Below, one piece after another: positions 1-12,190 of a DNA stretch of 64,000 nucleotides. This DNA is from Phoronis australis (taxonomy: Eukaryota > Animalia > Phoronida). The position numbers and the translations under genes were made by a program. The notes beneath the pieces are model-generated. The model was not told the origin of the DNA. It saw only the letters and a program-made list of their open reading frames with translations, and searched no databases. The stretch is from contig NMRA01000308.1 of NCBI GenBank assembly GCA_002633005.1, forward strand, positions 352,455 through 416,454, in the 5' to 3' direction. Every line of letters starts with the position of its first letter. The first letter of the stretch is position 1.

Positions 1-296
1 TTCTCATTTATCAAAAGCAAATGTTGTGTATATTCCGCTAAAAAAGGGGATAACCACCTAACTGAACAACAGATGCCGCGTAAAGTCTAACCCAGGTACC
101 GACGGTACTAAACGAATAATATTAATAATAAGATGTGGTCACCTAAAATAGAACATAAAACTGATATTGTTTAAATGTGTATTAATGACAAAGTAAATTC
201 GAATACACTACAAAAATAATCAAGACGTTCAGACACCATTTCCCTTAAAGTAGTCCATTATTAGTAGCAAATTATTAAATGTCCCGAATTAAATGT

Positions 297-1435
297 TCAA
301 AGGTCCAGTGGTGACGCCGTCGTCGAACACTTGTCTTTTGGGAAAAAGTAAGTGAGCACGCACTTCTCTTGCAGGTAGGTATTCATAGTGTTATCGCCGC
401 CTAACCGGAATCCTTTGTTGTGGGCCGAGTTACTCTTCGTGGTTTGCAACACTTTGAGATACTTCCCCTTGTCGGTTTCGTTTCTCTGTCGTTGCACTCC
501 TTTACAGCTAAAATGAGATTTACCATCGTCGACGTTTTAGAGGAAAGCGACATGCAGTAGTCCCCTTCAAATTCCAGTTTCAATAAGCCGGGCGTGCGTG
601 TGTCGTAGGCTTCGCTTCCTTCCGTGTCCATTCGCGTAAACCAACGACGTTTTTCCCATTCGAAAGCTGCTTAGATGTCTGGTTTACTCACGTCCCCTAG
701 ACAGTTACCGGATATTGCCATGTACGCCGAGTCTGCTGGAGTCCATCTCGCAATATTCGAAATCGGATTTGTTGACGAATCTTAACATGAAGTCGTAGTA
801 AAACTCCAACATGTGCAACTTCGCGTACTGATAAACAAAGAAGCCTATTTGAAGCGGCAGGTTCAGGCGGATGGTCTTCTTTTTCATCTCCAATTCGCAG
901 GTTCCGTCCCCGATGTAGTTGACGTGTCTAAATTCCGGGAACTGGACTTACCGTTGAACCTTAGCCTCTCCGCAATACTTCACGTCACGGTGCCTTTCTT
1001 GATTCGTTACCGTCTTACCATACGCACTTACCTATTAGCTTCATCGTCTGCGCTACAGTGGTTTTGTTTTTGTCTTTGTCCCCTTCCGGCCTAGCGACGC
1101 TGACTTCCTCACCAAAACACTCGAAGCATTTTACGGGAGCAAATTTGACCACTTGATAGACGTTTGTTATATCTAGGCCGTGTTCCAAGTACCATTTCAG
1201 AAGCGGGGTTGCCAACAGAATTTTCTTACCGAAAAAACTTCCCACCAGATATCGTCGTGGTCGGCTCATGATTTTGTTTCTCTCCGCATACTCCGGCATA
1301 ATGTCTCCTAGGTCGTCTCTGCTGATGTCTACATTCTAGAATATAAGTTGCATTTCTGAAAATCGCTCTCAGATGCCTCGAAACTTAGATGTCACATTCC
1401 ACAACAGAGTACCGTCTAGAGCGAATGCCTTTATT
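297..1435 (-). pseudogene. Polinton/Maverick-type protein-primed DNA polymerase B, C-terminal relic (copy 1, several frameshifts)
   Basis: Fragments KILLATPLLKWYLEHGL, MKLIG, QIGFFVYQYAKLHMLEFYY, YCEMD, RTPGLLKLEFEG and YFFPK fall in different frames; clearly homologous to 10490-11670. Confidence 0.88.
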
Positions 1436-1476
1436 TGTTACACTTCATCTATCAAGCTTAAAACTTTATAAATACT

Positions 1477-1706
1477 ATGGACGCACCCAGGGGGGGGGGG
1501 GTCGGGAGTTCGAACGATCACCCTTCCATTTGGCCTTGTAGAAACAAAAACATCGAAAGTGTAGAAAACAAAAGTCCACAAAAAGGCAAGAACAACCAAA
1601 ATTCCGGGAATGCAAAATTCATAGCTCTGATCCTACCCCTGAATCTGAGTAAAAGGTCTTGATTCTCAAACATTCGAGCCCCCATTTTTGGCTGGGTACA
1701 CGCATG
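1477..1706. mobile_element. Short hAT-like MITE
   Basis: ATGGACGCACCCAG+G-run ... C-run+CTGGGTACACGCAT imperfect inverted ends. Confidence 0.5.
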
Positions 1707-3671
1707 AATACTAGACTGAAAAATAATGCTGATTACAAAGCCTGAGTTCATATATCAAAGAATAATCAAAACTATGCTTGGAACTAAAAATTAGCCTAAT
1801 GATTGCCAAAGTGAACTTTTCCAGTAATTACAGTTTCGTTTCAAGAAATAAAATAGATAAATATGAGCAAATCAACAAATTAACAGAATTATACATATGC
1901 CAAACATTTGGTACAATACAACAAAAACCTTTTCAAGGATACTTAAACAGGGATCCATGGGGCACCATGAAAAACACAGGACATGAGATGCAAATCAATA
2001 AACTAAAATACAAAATATGTGTCTAAATGAACACAAAAGTAGCAAGTAATTAATCAAAAATACTTTAATGAAAAACTGAACGTTAATCAAGCTATGGAAT
2101 AGAAACTCCTGGGATTTAAAGCAATTTTAGCAACTGTAACAATGCATTTATTACAACTGTCTAAGAATTTAATGTATGTTTAAGAAGATGTCTCTCAATA
2201 CTGAGTATTCGTCATAGCTCATGACCAAGCAGTATAAAATTTTAAAAAGATTTAACAGAATGTTAAAGCTTGACCAGACTGAAAGATATCAGTACGAAAT
2301 TAAGGTGCCATCTGCAAGTTAAATATAATACGAATACTTTTAATCAGGCATAAAGAAGTACTCCCTACGAAGTCTTCATTTAAAGCTTTATACACGAAGG
2401 CCCAAGTTAACATGCACTGTAGAATCAATCTGCATATTCTTCCTCGCTACCAAGTTCTCGGACATAATCTAAAACTTGCACAGCTTTCCCTGTAAATTGC
2501 AAGAACTACATGAAAGTAAGTCTTGGTTTCACTACAAAGCAAATTCATCAAAAACATATGTTGACCTCTTGGTTTCATATTTAGAAAGTTTAATTTTAGG
2601 TTTAGCTTGTTATGGAAAACTTAACTTCCCTATATTAAGGAATATTTCTATAAAAGTAGAAAAAGTCAATCAGACGCACTCAGTCGGCTACCTCTGGAAT
2701 TTAAAGGAGAATGTCGCCAAAAAGCAACCTATTTTGTACCAATTTAGATCGTGTAGTTCCACTCGACAACAGCAAATACGGTTCTTTCACCTGACACATG
2801 ACGGCAGACGGAGGGCTTGAAAGGTCAGACACGGCAGTCCAAAATCGTGTTATCGATGATTTTTAGACATTTTGAGATTTCATCGTTTTTCATCTCCTCA
2901 GTGTATAGTTTACAGGATTTTATTATGCCAAATACTTAAAATAATCAGAAAAACAAAAAATATCCATTTATTGTCAAGCACCTCACTTTATTTGAGAAAC
3001 ATTTCGCCAATATGTCCCTCAAAATTACCAAAATTTACGTGGCCCTGCAGCCCCGATGCCTTAGCCGATCGAAATGACTCATAGCGTGTTTTGAAGGGAA
3101 GTGTGTCCTCTATCGGATATTATCGTTCATATCAGGATATTTCTGTGTATATTCGGCAGAGAAATACTTTTGTAGGTCTTGCTTCATTCATTCTTATTGG
3201 CTGCCGAACAAATACGGAAGATAATAAGGACAACGCGCATTCTGATTGGTCAATTGGCACAAGTGTTCAGCTTCGTTTATATCCGTCGTTAGCAACGTGT
3301 TAGCAACCACGAAGAATAGGCAGCCATTTTGACAGCTTCATTACATCATTTGGTCGGAATTTTATTGCGTTTCTTCGATGAAACACAGATTGAAAACAGG
3401 GAAAAAAGATCGGTGCAGCGACCTTTTGGGTTAGCGAAGGGGAGCAGGAAATAATAACTTTCAAAAGCACGTGAAGTAAAATTCGACATTCAACAAGGCG
3501 CAAGTCAACGAGTGCGATGACTCGGCCTACGTCGCTTGTGATAACGAATGGTAAATGTCGGAGGATAGTTCAAGCTATGTTATGTCTGACTGTGAGGGAA
3601 TTGTTCTAGACTCTGCTTCCAGGAGAAAGGGGCTAATGTTTACGTTGATGGCCACGATAATAATCAATTGA

Positions 3672-4160
3672 GTGGGGAGGAAGTCCTACTTATCTCGTTC
3701 CGAGCGATCTCTTCTGGCTCAGCTTAGAGCAGGAAATCTCCCATTGCACTTGGAAACTGGTCGTTATGTAAACACTCCTGTAAGTGGAAGACTTTGCTTG
3801 TGTTGTGATTCTGGTTCTGTGGAGGATGAGCTACACTTTGTGTTTGATTGTTCTCTTTATAACTCACGGAGGTCTATTCTGTTTAATAATGTTTCACTTC
3901 AAATCCCGAACTTTTGCAGATTCTAGTAGATTAGATACCTTAAAACTGTTATGTCAGTATTTCCCTAGGCAATTTGCCAAATATATCAAGTCTGCTTTTG
4001 AACTTAGAAACCGACGCATTTATGGTAGGCCTGAATCTAAGTTGTGTGATTAAAGTGACTAATAAGCTCAATTGAGCTGGGTACTTATCTTTCTTACGAG
4101 TGTTATATCTATAACTGTTTGATTTAATTGTACTTGTCACTATAATAAATAAATACTACT
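3672..4160 (+). mobile_element. 5'-truncated non-LTR retrotransposon (LINE, RTEX/Proto-like) 3' end
   Basis: RSLLAQLRAGNLPLHLETGRY...RLCLCC...VEDELHFVFDCSLY is the C-terminal CCHC zinc-knuckle region of LINE ORF2; followed by an AATAAATAAA-TACTACTAC tail at ~4146-4160. Confidence 0.8.
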
Positions 4161-4499
4161 ACAGAGACTGGTGGTTACTTGACCTGTTGACCTGATGCTA
4201 TTCCAGTTGAATAACAACATAATTTGTTATGGCCTGGGTGTTCTGCAGATACCTGGACATTTACTAAAATTGAGAAGTGTGCTGGCGTTTCACAAGAAAT
4301 AGTCGTGACGTGCATTTCGGTTGACTGTGACTTTTGATTGTATGATTATTCAATTGCACAGTTTGAAATAGGCCTATATCAATTGATGACGGTTTGCTCA
4401 TAACACTGAATTTGATAGCGGTATCGTTTGCTTGCACTTGGCACAAACCTGGTATCTTGTGTCGCTACGGTATTGGAACTGTAATCGGACTTGTCTTGG

Positions 4500-5592
4500 A
4501 CTATGAAGTATTGCCTTCATGTGTTTTGGCAAAAAATGGTTGCTACAACACTCAGACTACTTTGTATGCCCATCCTCTGTTTTCAGTATGTGTCACGACA
4601 AATGCTGGATATGAAGTGGTGGTTGGTTCTCGAAAATGAAAACATAGCATCCTTACAGAAGGCTCTATCAGTCCTGAGAGAGCACAATGAAGAATGGAAT
4701 CCAAGATGTTTTGTAGTTGATGAATCTGAAATAGAAACTCAAGCAATTAAAACTGCGTGTAACTTTGTTTTCGGGTACTTGCTTACTTTACATAGTAGTA
4801 ATGACATTACTGAACTGGTAAATGTTTTGTAAGAGCCTCAACTTAATGCCTATAGCGTTCATCATTTTCCGTTTAACAGCTTGGTCACAACACACTACTT
4901 TCTCCGCATACGATATATAGATTTCACCGCCAATCTTAGGCACTGCATAAAACCACAAGGTTTTGGCCTTAAAGGTACAAAAACTTGTTGCTTCTTCCCC
5001 ACAACTATGTCAGAATTTTAATTTTTAGTAGTTAAAACTACTAATTTTGAGAGATCTGAAACTTTGTTATTACTAGAGACCCTACATGTTTCTTTTCAGA
5101 TGAAATGACAACACAGCCCACCATACAGGAGAAACAGTTCCTTTTAAAATCTGACTTATATTTGCATATTTGCACTCATATTTACGAATGAATTTGGACT
5201 CTTAAAAATGACCAGAAAGCCTTACTAGGCGTTAGTAAGTGTGGTTCCGAATTTTACTCTTGCTGTCATTTTTCGAACAGTTCACTTGTTACAGCCAGCG
5301 AAAAACGTGTTTGCTAGAGAGCACAGATTTAACTTTCGTATCTGCAACAAGTCTTGCTACAATTTCAAAGACCAGGGCTACTCGCATTTACTGTCCCAGA
5401 TATCCTTTCTAAAACTCTAGTAAGGTCAAAGACTAATTTCACACCAAAAAGTCGATGAACAAAAAATCAATTTGTAACACCAAACATGGGTTGCAAAGCC
5501 CATAGAACTACGTACTTGTTAACTTTCTCTATGTGTGTGCAGAGATCTTATTTTGTGACTTCCACAAGGAAGACGCCTGGTACCACTGGGTA
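4500..5592 (+). pseudogene. Degenerate MULE/Mutator-type transposase
   Basis: Frameshifted peptides TTLYAHPLFSVCVTTNAGYEVV, ENIASLQKALSVLREHNEEWNPRCFVVDESEIETQAI and, after a likely intron, ILFCDFHKEDAWYHW (MULE CxxH motif). Confidence 0.7.
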
Positions 5593-6726
5593 TGCTCCTA
5601 CATTAACGAATTGGTGGCACACTTCCCTTCGAGTAAGACCACAACACTGAAAATGCCCATGGTCTTCATGAATAAATACTGCTGAAGTTTGACAGTGATC
5701 TGATGAGAAAGCAAAATAATGTTATTATTAAGTAAGCTTGTCCGCTGCATGAGGACTCATCCTTAAAATGATATCACAAAATAAAACCATAAAGTTTCAA
5801 AATATAAATGACAAGCAGTTAAGATCATGAAGGTCAATGTTTGCAGAATTCAAAGACAAACTGTCAAATGTGTTGTGTTCCAGAATGCAGGATCAATTTC
5901 CACTGAGCTACAAGTGGGAAAATTGAGACAGGAAGGCTGCAAGAAGTAACATGGAGTAAAGAAAACGTTGCATATAAAAGGAACAAATTGAATCCAAGTC
6001 ACATACTAGTAGCTGTGACTCAGTCAATTCCATTTTGATGGACAGTGGACTTATAATCAGAGAATATTTTGATCAACTTTGTGAAAAATATTTTCATCCT
6101 AGGAAAATAATTCGTAAGACATCAATTGTTAGGTCTCATTTACACTTTCAATGCATACATCAACAATAATTATGGGTGAATTGTATTTTGATGATAACTT
6201 CTAAGATACTTTTGTTAGCCAATTAGATGTAAGTTGAGTGAGTCATGGACATACGCTCTGAATTTCTAAGATTAAAATGTTTCTTATAGCTAAGATATCA
6301 ATTCAGAATAATTAAGCTGTTATTGGTAGTTTGCAATGGAATCAAAATTAAATTAGAGCAATGCAACATGTATTCTTTATTAATCAAAATACATCGATTC
6401 GGCCTTTTGCACAAGACCATCATTACAGAGTCTATGCTGTGACTTTATACCCTTTATGATGATTAATTTAAACAAATTGAATATCTTGAAAGATATGAAA
6501 CAATCTCTGACTACTGAGTAAATATGGCCAACCTAAAGATGAAATGTGTAATGTTTAAAAACACAATTGCCGGCAATTCAACAACTTCTAATACTTACCT
6601 GTATTATTCACTTCATATCTTTCATTCGAGCTTGTGTCATCTGGCAGGTAGCGCAACGCCAATCAAAAAACTCCCTGAAAATGTCTTGAAATTTTTGAAA
6701 AACACTTCTGAGTTTCCAGACAAATA

Positions 6727-9420
6727 GTTCTACCTGACTTCACTGGTTGACAGTTTGCAAATGTCAACTAGCTGATCCAGGTATCATCACAAAAATACAA
6801 ACGCTAGGTTCTACTTGACTCCGCTGGTTGACATTTTGCAAATGTCAACTAGCTGATCCAGGTATCATCACAAAAATACAAAGGCTAGGTCCTACCTGAC
6901 TCCGCAGGTTGACATTTTGCAAATGTCAACTACCTGATCCAGGTATCATCACAAAAATACAAATGCTAAGTCCTACCTGACTCCGCTGGTGGATATTTTG
7001 CAAATGTCAACTAGCTGATCCAGGAATCATCACAAAAATACAAATGCTAGGTTCTACCTGACTCCGCTGGTTGACATTTTGCAAATGTTAACTAGCTGAT
7101 CATGGTATCATCACAAAAATACAAATGCTAGGTTCTACCTGACTCTGCTGGTTGACATTTTGCAAATGTCAACCAGCTGATCCAAGTATCATCACAAAAA
7201 TACAAATGCTAGGTTCTACCCGACTCCGTTGGTTGAAATTTTGCAAATGTCAACTACCTGATCCAGGTATCATCACAAAAATACAAATTAATGCTAAGTC
7301 CTACCTGACTCCGCTGGTTGATATTTTGCAAATGTCAACTAGCTGATCCAGGAATCATCACAAAAATGCAAATGCTAGGTTCTACCTAACTCCGCTGGTT
7401 GACACTTTGCAAATGTCATTTAGCTGATCATGGTATCATCACACAAATACAAATGCTAGGTTCTACCTGACTCTGCTGGTTGACATTTTGCAAATGCCAA
7501 CCAGTTGATCCAGGTATCATCACAAAAATACAAATGCTAGGTTCTACCCGACTCCGCTGGTTGAAATTTTGCAAATGTCAACTAGATGATCCAGGTATCA
7601 TCACAAAAATACAAATGCTAGGTTCTACCTGACTCCGCTGGTTGACATTTTGCAAATATCAACTAGCTGATCCAGGTAACATCACACAATTTAGATGCTA
7701 GGTTCTAACTGACTTCGCTGGTTGACATTTTGTAAATGTCAACTAGCTGATCCAGGTATCATCTCACAAATACAAATGCTAGGTTCTACCTGACTCCGCT
7801 GGTTGACATTTTGCAAATATCAACTAGCTGATCCAGGTAACATCACACAATTTAGATGCTAGGTTCTACCTGACTCCGCTGGTTGACATTTTGCAAATGT
7901 TAACTAGCTGATCATGATATCATCACAAAAATACAAATGCTATGTTCTACCTGACTCCGCTGGTTGACATTTTGCAAATGTCAACCAGCTGATCCAGGTA
8001 TCATCACAAAAATACAAATGCTAGGTTCTACCCGACTCCGCTGGTTGAAATTTTGCAAATGTCAACTACCTGATCCAGGTATCATCACAAAAATACAAAT
8101 GCTTGGTTCTACCTGACTCCACTGGTTGACATTTTTCAAATGTGATTTAGCTGATCCAGGTATCATCACAAAAATACAAATGCTAGGTCCTACCTGACTC
8201 CTCTGGTTGATATTTTGCAAATGTCAACTAGCTGATCCAGGTATGATCACAAAAATGCCAATGGTAGGTCCTACCTGACTCCGCTGGTTGACATTTTGCA
8301 AATGTCAACTAGCTGATCCAGGTATCATCACAAAAATACAAATGGTAGGTTCTACCCGACTCCGATGGTTGAAATTTGCAAATGGCAACTACCTGATCCA
8401 GGTATCATCACACACTTTCAGATGCTAGGTTCTACCTGACTCCGCTGGTTGACATTTTGCAAAATGTCAACTAGCTGATCCAGGGATCATCTCACAAATA
8501 CAAGTGCTAAGTCCTGCCTGACTCCGCTGGTTGACATTTTTCAAATGTCAACTATCTGATCCAGGTATCATCACAAAAATATAAATGCTAGGTCCTACCT
8601 GACTCCGCTGGTTGAGATTTTGAAAATGTCAACTACCTGATCCAGGTATGATCACAAAAATACAAATGCTTGGTCCTACCTGACTCCGCTGGTTGACATT
8701 TTGCAAATGTCAACTAGCTGATCCAGGTATTACCACAAAAAAAGAAATGCTAGGTCCTACCTGACTGTGCTGGTTGCCATTTTGAAATGTGAACTAGCTG
8801 ATCCAGGTATCATCACAAAAATACAAATGGTAGGTTCTACCTGACTCCGCTGGTTGACATTTTGCAAATGTCAACTAGCTGATCCAGGTTTCATCACCAA
8901 AATACAAGTGCTAGGTCTTACCTGACTCCGGTGGTTGACGTTTTGCAATTGTCAACTAGATGATCCAGGTATCATCACAAAAATACAAATGCTAGGTCCT
9001 ACCTGACTGTGCTGTTTGCCATTTTGAAATGTGAACTAGCTGATCCAGGTATCATCACAAAAATACAAATGCTAGGTCCTACCTGACTCCGCTGGTTTAC
9101 GTTTTGCAAATGTCAAGTAGCTGATCCAGGTATCATCACAAAAAATGCTAGGTCCTACCTGACTCCGCTGGTTGACATTTTGCAAATGTCAACTAGCTGA
9201 TCCTGGTATCATCATAAAAATACAAATGCTAGGTCCTACCTGATTCCGCTGGTTGACCTTTTGCATATGTCAATTAGCTGATCCAGGTAACATCACAAAA
9301 ATACAAATGCTAGGTCCTACCTGACTCCGCTGGTTGACATTTTGCAAATGTCATCTAGCTGATCCAGGTATCATCACAAAAATACAAATGCTAGGTCCTA
9401 CCTGACTCCGCTGGTGACAT
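6727..9420. repeat. 81-bp tandem satellite, ~33 copies, each with an internal palindrome
   Basis: Unit CTAGGTTCTACCTGACTCCGCTGGTTGACATTTTGCAAATGTCAACTAGCTGATCCAGGTATCATCACAAAAATACAAATG; no unique spacers. Confidence 0.97.
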
Positions 9421-9747
9421 TTCAGTAGGCCTAAATCTCTAAGACTAAGACTCTTAGTCACTAAGAGTAAGAGGCTAAGTATTACAAAACACATATCCGC
9501 TGTGTTCAACTATTTAAAAACACGCCCTTCGCGAAGTTTTAGTTCTTGAATTCGAGAAATTCTCTGCTGAAACAATAACACTTCGAGAGGAAGTAAAGAC
9601 AGGGAATCCCTCTTGGCATAACGCATGCGCGTGAACTACTTCACTTCCACCTGGATTGGCTCGTTGACGTTGTCCCCCCCCCCTATGAAAGATGATTAGG
9701 GGATAACCACCCAGCTAACTCAACAGATGTCGCGTATACCTAACCCA

Positions 9748-10286
9748 AATGACAGCGTTTTCCCGTGCAGTGACTTTACTAGACGTAGGGGGTTCTTAGC
9801 GTGTCATAACATCTAGCTTCTTTGTTAACTGCCAAACACACTCTTTTGTCTGTACTTATGACAATAAGCAGGCCACTTATCTACCAGGTTTATTACAGAC
9901 CATATGTGAACACTGCCAAACTCAGGGTGAATTGGTGTACTCGGAAAGAGTAGATTGTCGTAACTTCGGTTGCAGTTCAGCGATTTTGGCGATTCAAAAA
10001 CGAAACATGATCAGCATTTGACGAAGATTTCAGAAATGCTATTGGTTTATGTTCAAATATGTTATAACTTAACTTTTATTTTTAACAGCACATCCCAGTC
10101 ACGGTAGATACGAACTTATTGGAGATTATAACAATTATCGAACAAAAGAGAGCTGGCCCTCCAAGGATAAATGCCAGAATTGAGTTAATCAGTCGTGTAA
10201 GATATTAGCTAAAGGGGTAAACTTCCCAACTTGTTGTTGGGCTATAGAATCGAACAAGTTGGGAGCAACGGGGAAACGCCGTAATG
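9748..10286. mobile_element. 539-bp non-autonomous DNA transposon (MITE), copy A
   Basis: Short TIRs ATGACAGCGTTTTCCCGT / ACGGGGAAACGCCGTAAT; absent from the paralogous Polinton flank at ~88-100; inverted copy at 13318-13856. Confidence 0.85.
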
Positions 10287-10489
10287 AGGTACCGACGGCA
10301 TTAAATTAACGATTATACTGATAATACTAGTAATGCTAATAATAAATTATTGTGACCACCTAAAATAGAACGGAAAATTAATACTTTTAAACGTGTATTA
10401 ATAACAGTATATTCCAATACACTACAAAAATCATTCAGACGTTCAAACACCGTTATATGTACGAGTAGTCTATTATTAAATGTCCCGAA

Positions 10490-11948
10490 TTAAATGTTCA
10501 AAGGTCCAGTGGTGACGCCGTCGTCGAACACTTGTCTTTTGGGATAAAAGTAGGTGAATGCGCACTTCTCTTGCATATAGCTGTACACGGTGTTATCACC
10601 GCCTAACCGAAATCCTTTGTTGAGGGCCGAGCTACTCTTCGTGGTCTGCAAAACTTTGAGATACCTCGTCTTGTCGATTTCATTTCTCTGTCGTTGTACT
10701 CCTTTACAGCTAAAATGCGATTTACCGTCGTCCCTCCCCACGTAATACGTTTTAGAGCAAAGCGCTTTGTAGTAGTCTCCTTCGAATTCCAACTTCAATA
10801 AGCCGGGCGTGCACGAGTCGTAGGCCACGATTGTTTTCTTCTGAGTCTGTTCGCGGAAACCAAAGATGTTTTCCCTCTCGAAAGCTGCTCGCATGTCGGG
10901 TTTAATCACGTCCTCTAGACAGTTACCGGATATAGCCATGTACGCCGAGTCTGAGTTCATCTCACAATATTCGAAATCGGATCTGTCGACGAATCTTAAC
11001 ATGAAGTCGTAGTAAAACTCCAACATGCACAACTTTGCGTACTGATAAACGAAAAAGCCTATTTGAAGCAGCAGGTTCAGGCGGATGGTCTTCCTTTTCA
11101 TCCCCAATTCGTAGAATCCGTCCCCGATGTAGTTGACGAGTCTAAATTCCGAGAGCTGGACTTCCGGTTGAGCCTTAGCCTCTCCGCAGTACTTCACGTC
11201 ACGATGCCTTTCTTGATTCGTTACCGTCTTACCATACGCACTGTTACCTATTAGCTTCATCGTCTGCGCTGCAATAGCTTTGTTTTTGTATTTGTCCCCT
11301 TCCCGCCTAGTGTCGCTGACTTCCTCACCAAAACGCTCAAAGCATTTTACGGGAGCAAATTCGACCACTTGATAGACGTTTGTTATCTCTAGGCCGTGTT
11401 TGAAATACCATTTCGGAAGCGGGGTTGCCAAAAGTTTTTTCCTCCCGAAGAAACTTCCCACTAAAGATCGTCGTGGTCGGCTCATGATTTTGTTTCTCTT
11501 GTCATACTCTCGCATTAACTCTCCTAGGTGTCTCTGCTGATGTCTACATTCTTGAATATATAGGCTGCATTTCTGAAAATTGCTCTCTCAGATGCCTCGG
11601 GACTTCGATGTCACATTCCACAACCCCGAACAGAGTACCGTCTAGAAAGAATGTCTTTATTTGTTTGTTCGCCAAAGTGTAGAAACGTTCCGTAGCTAAT
11701 TCTCGTCTTCTGAAAAAAGAACGTAGGGTATCGTCTTGCCGTTTCAAATCCTCTAATTTGCACTAACCAATCTCTTCGTAATCGAAGCCTTGATCGATGA
11801 TATAGTCTCTAATTTTTCTGGTGTTTTTCATAAGCTCACTCATGGCGACGTTTCCAGTTTCGTTCCTCGTCCTCGGAGTTCCGTCGTCATTTCTCGAGAG
11901 ACGGCAGTCGTGGCCGTACCAGTAACATCCTTGGAATTTCGATAACAT
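10490..11948 (-). pseudogene. Polinton/Maverick-type pPolB relic (copy 2); 341-aa open C-terminal part plus disrupted upstream part with an inserted VSR-like FxGCYWxG domain
   Basis: Motif B KLIGNSAYGKT, motif C YCEMNSDS, TPGLLKLE, LCSKTY, SCKGV; upstream LFGVVECDIEVP and FQGCYWYGHDC are separated by a frameshift and a stop. Confidence 0.9.
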
Positions 11949-12190
11949 GGCGGCGTTCTACAGGAAAAAGGGCGTCGACCTCTTCATGAAGGAATGCATA
12001 AGCGTGCCTGGACTGACCATGAAGATTCTCTTCAAAGATGTCGGTAACGTATTCTTTGCGCTCTTTGAGGAAAAATACAAAGACTTGTATTATACCTTCA
12101 AACATAATATCGTCGGAAGTCCCAGTATTGTTTTCCACAGATACCACGAAAAGGGAAAGACGTTTATACGCCAAAGGGAGATGGAGACTA
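11945..12190 (+). pseudogene. Inverted internal fragment of the same pPolB
   Basis: Plus-strand peptide KECISVPGLTMKILF...KDLYYTFKHNIVGSPSIVFHRYHEKGKTFIR is the pPolB segment that precedes motif A, but it lies on the opposite strand to the rest of the gene. Confidence 0.8.

Noticed and set aside
6727-9420. CRISPR-like array of palindromic repeats
   Set aside because: The sequences between palindromes are themselves repeated (no unique spacers), there are no cas genes, and the context is eukaryotic
6727-9420. Coding 27-aa repeat (81 = 27 codons), possibly with UGA recoding before the hairpin
   Set aside because: The consensus has stops in all six frames and several units carry frame-breaking indels
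10490-11515. Functional or domesticated DNA polymerase
   Set aside because: Only the C-terminal part is open; the upstream region has a frameshift, a stop, an inversion and no visible motif A or exonuclease domain
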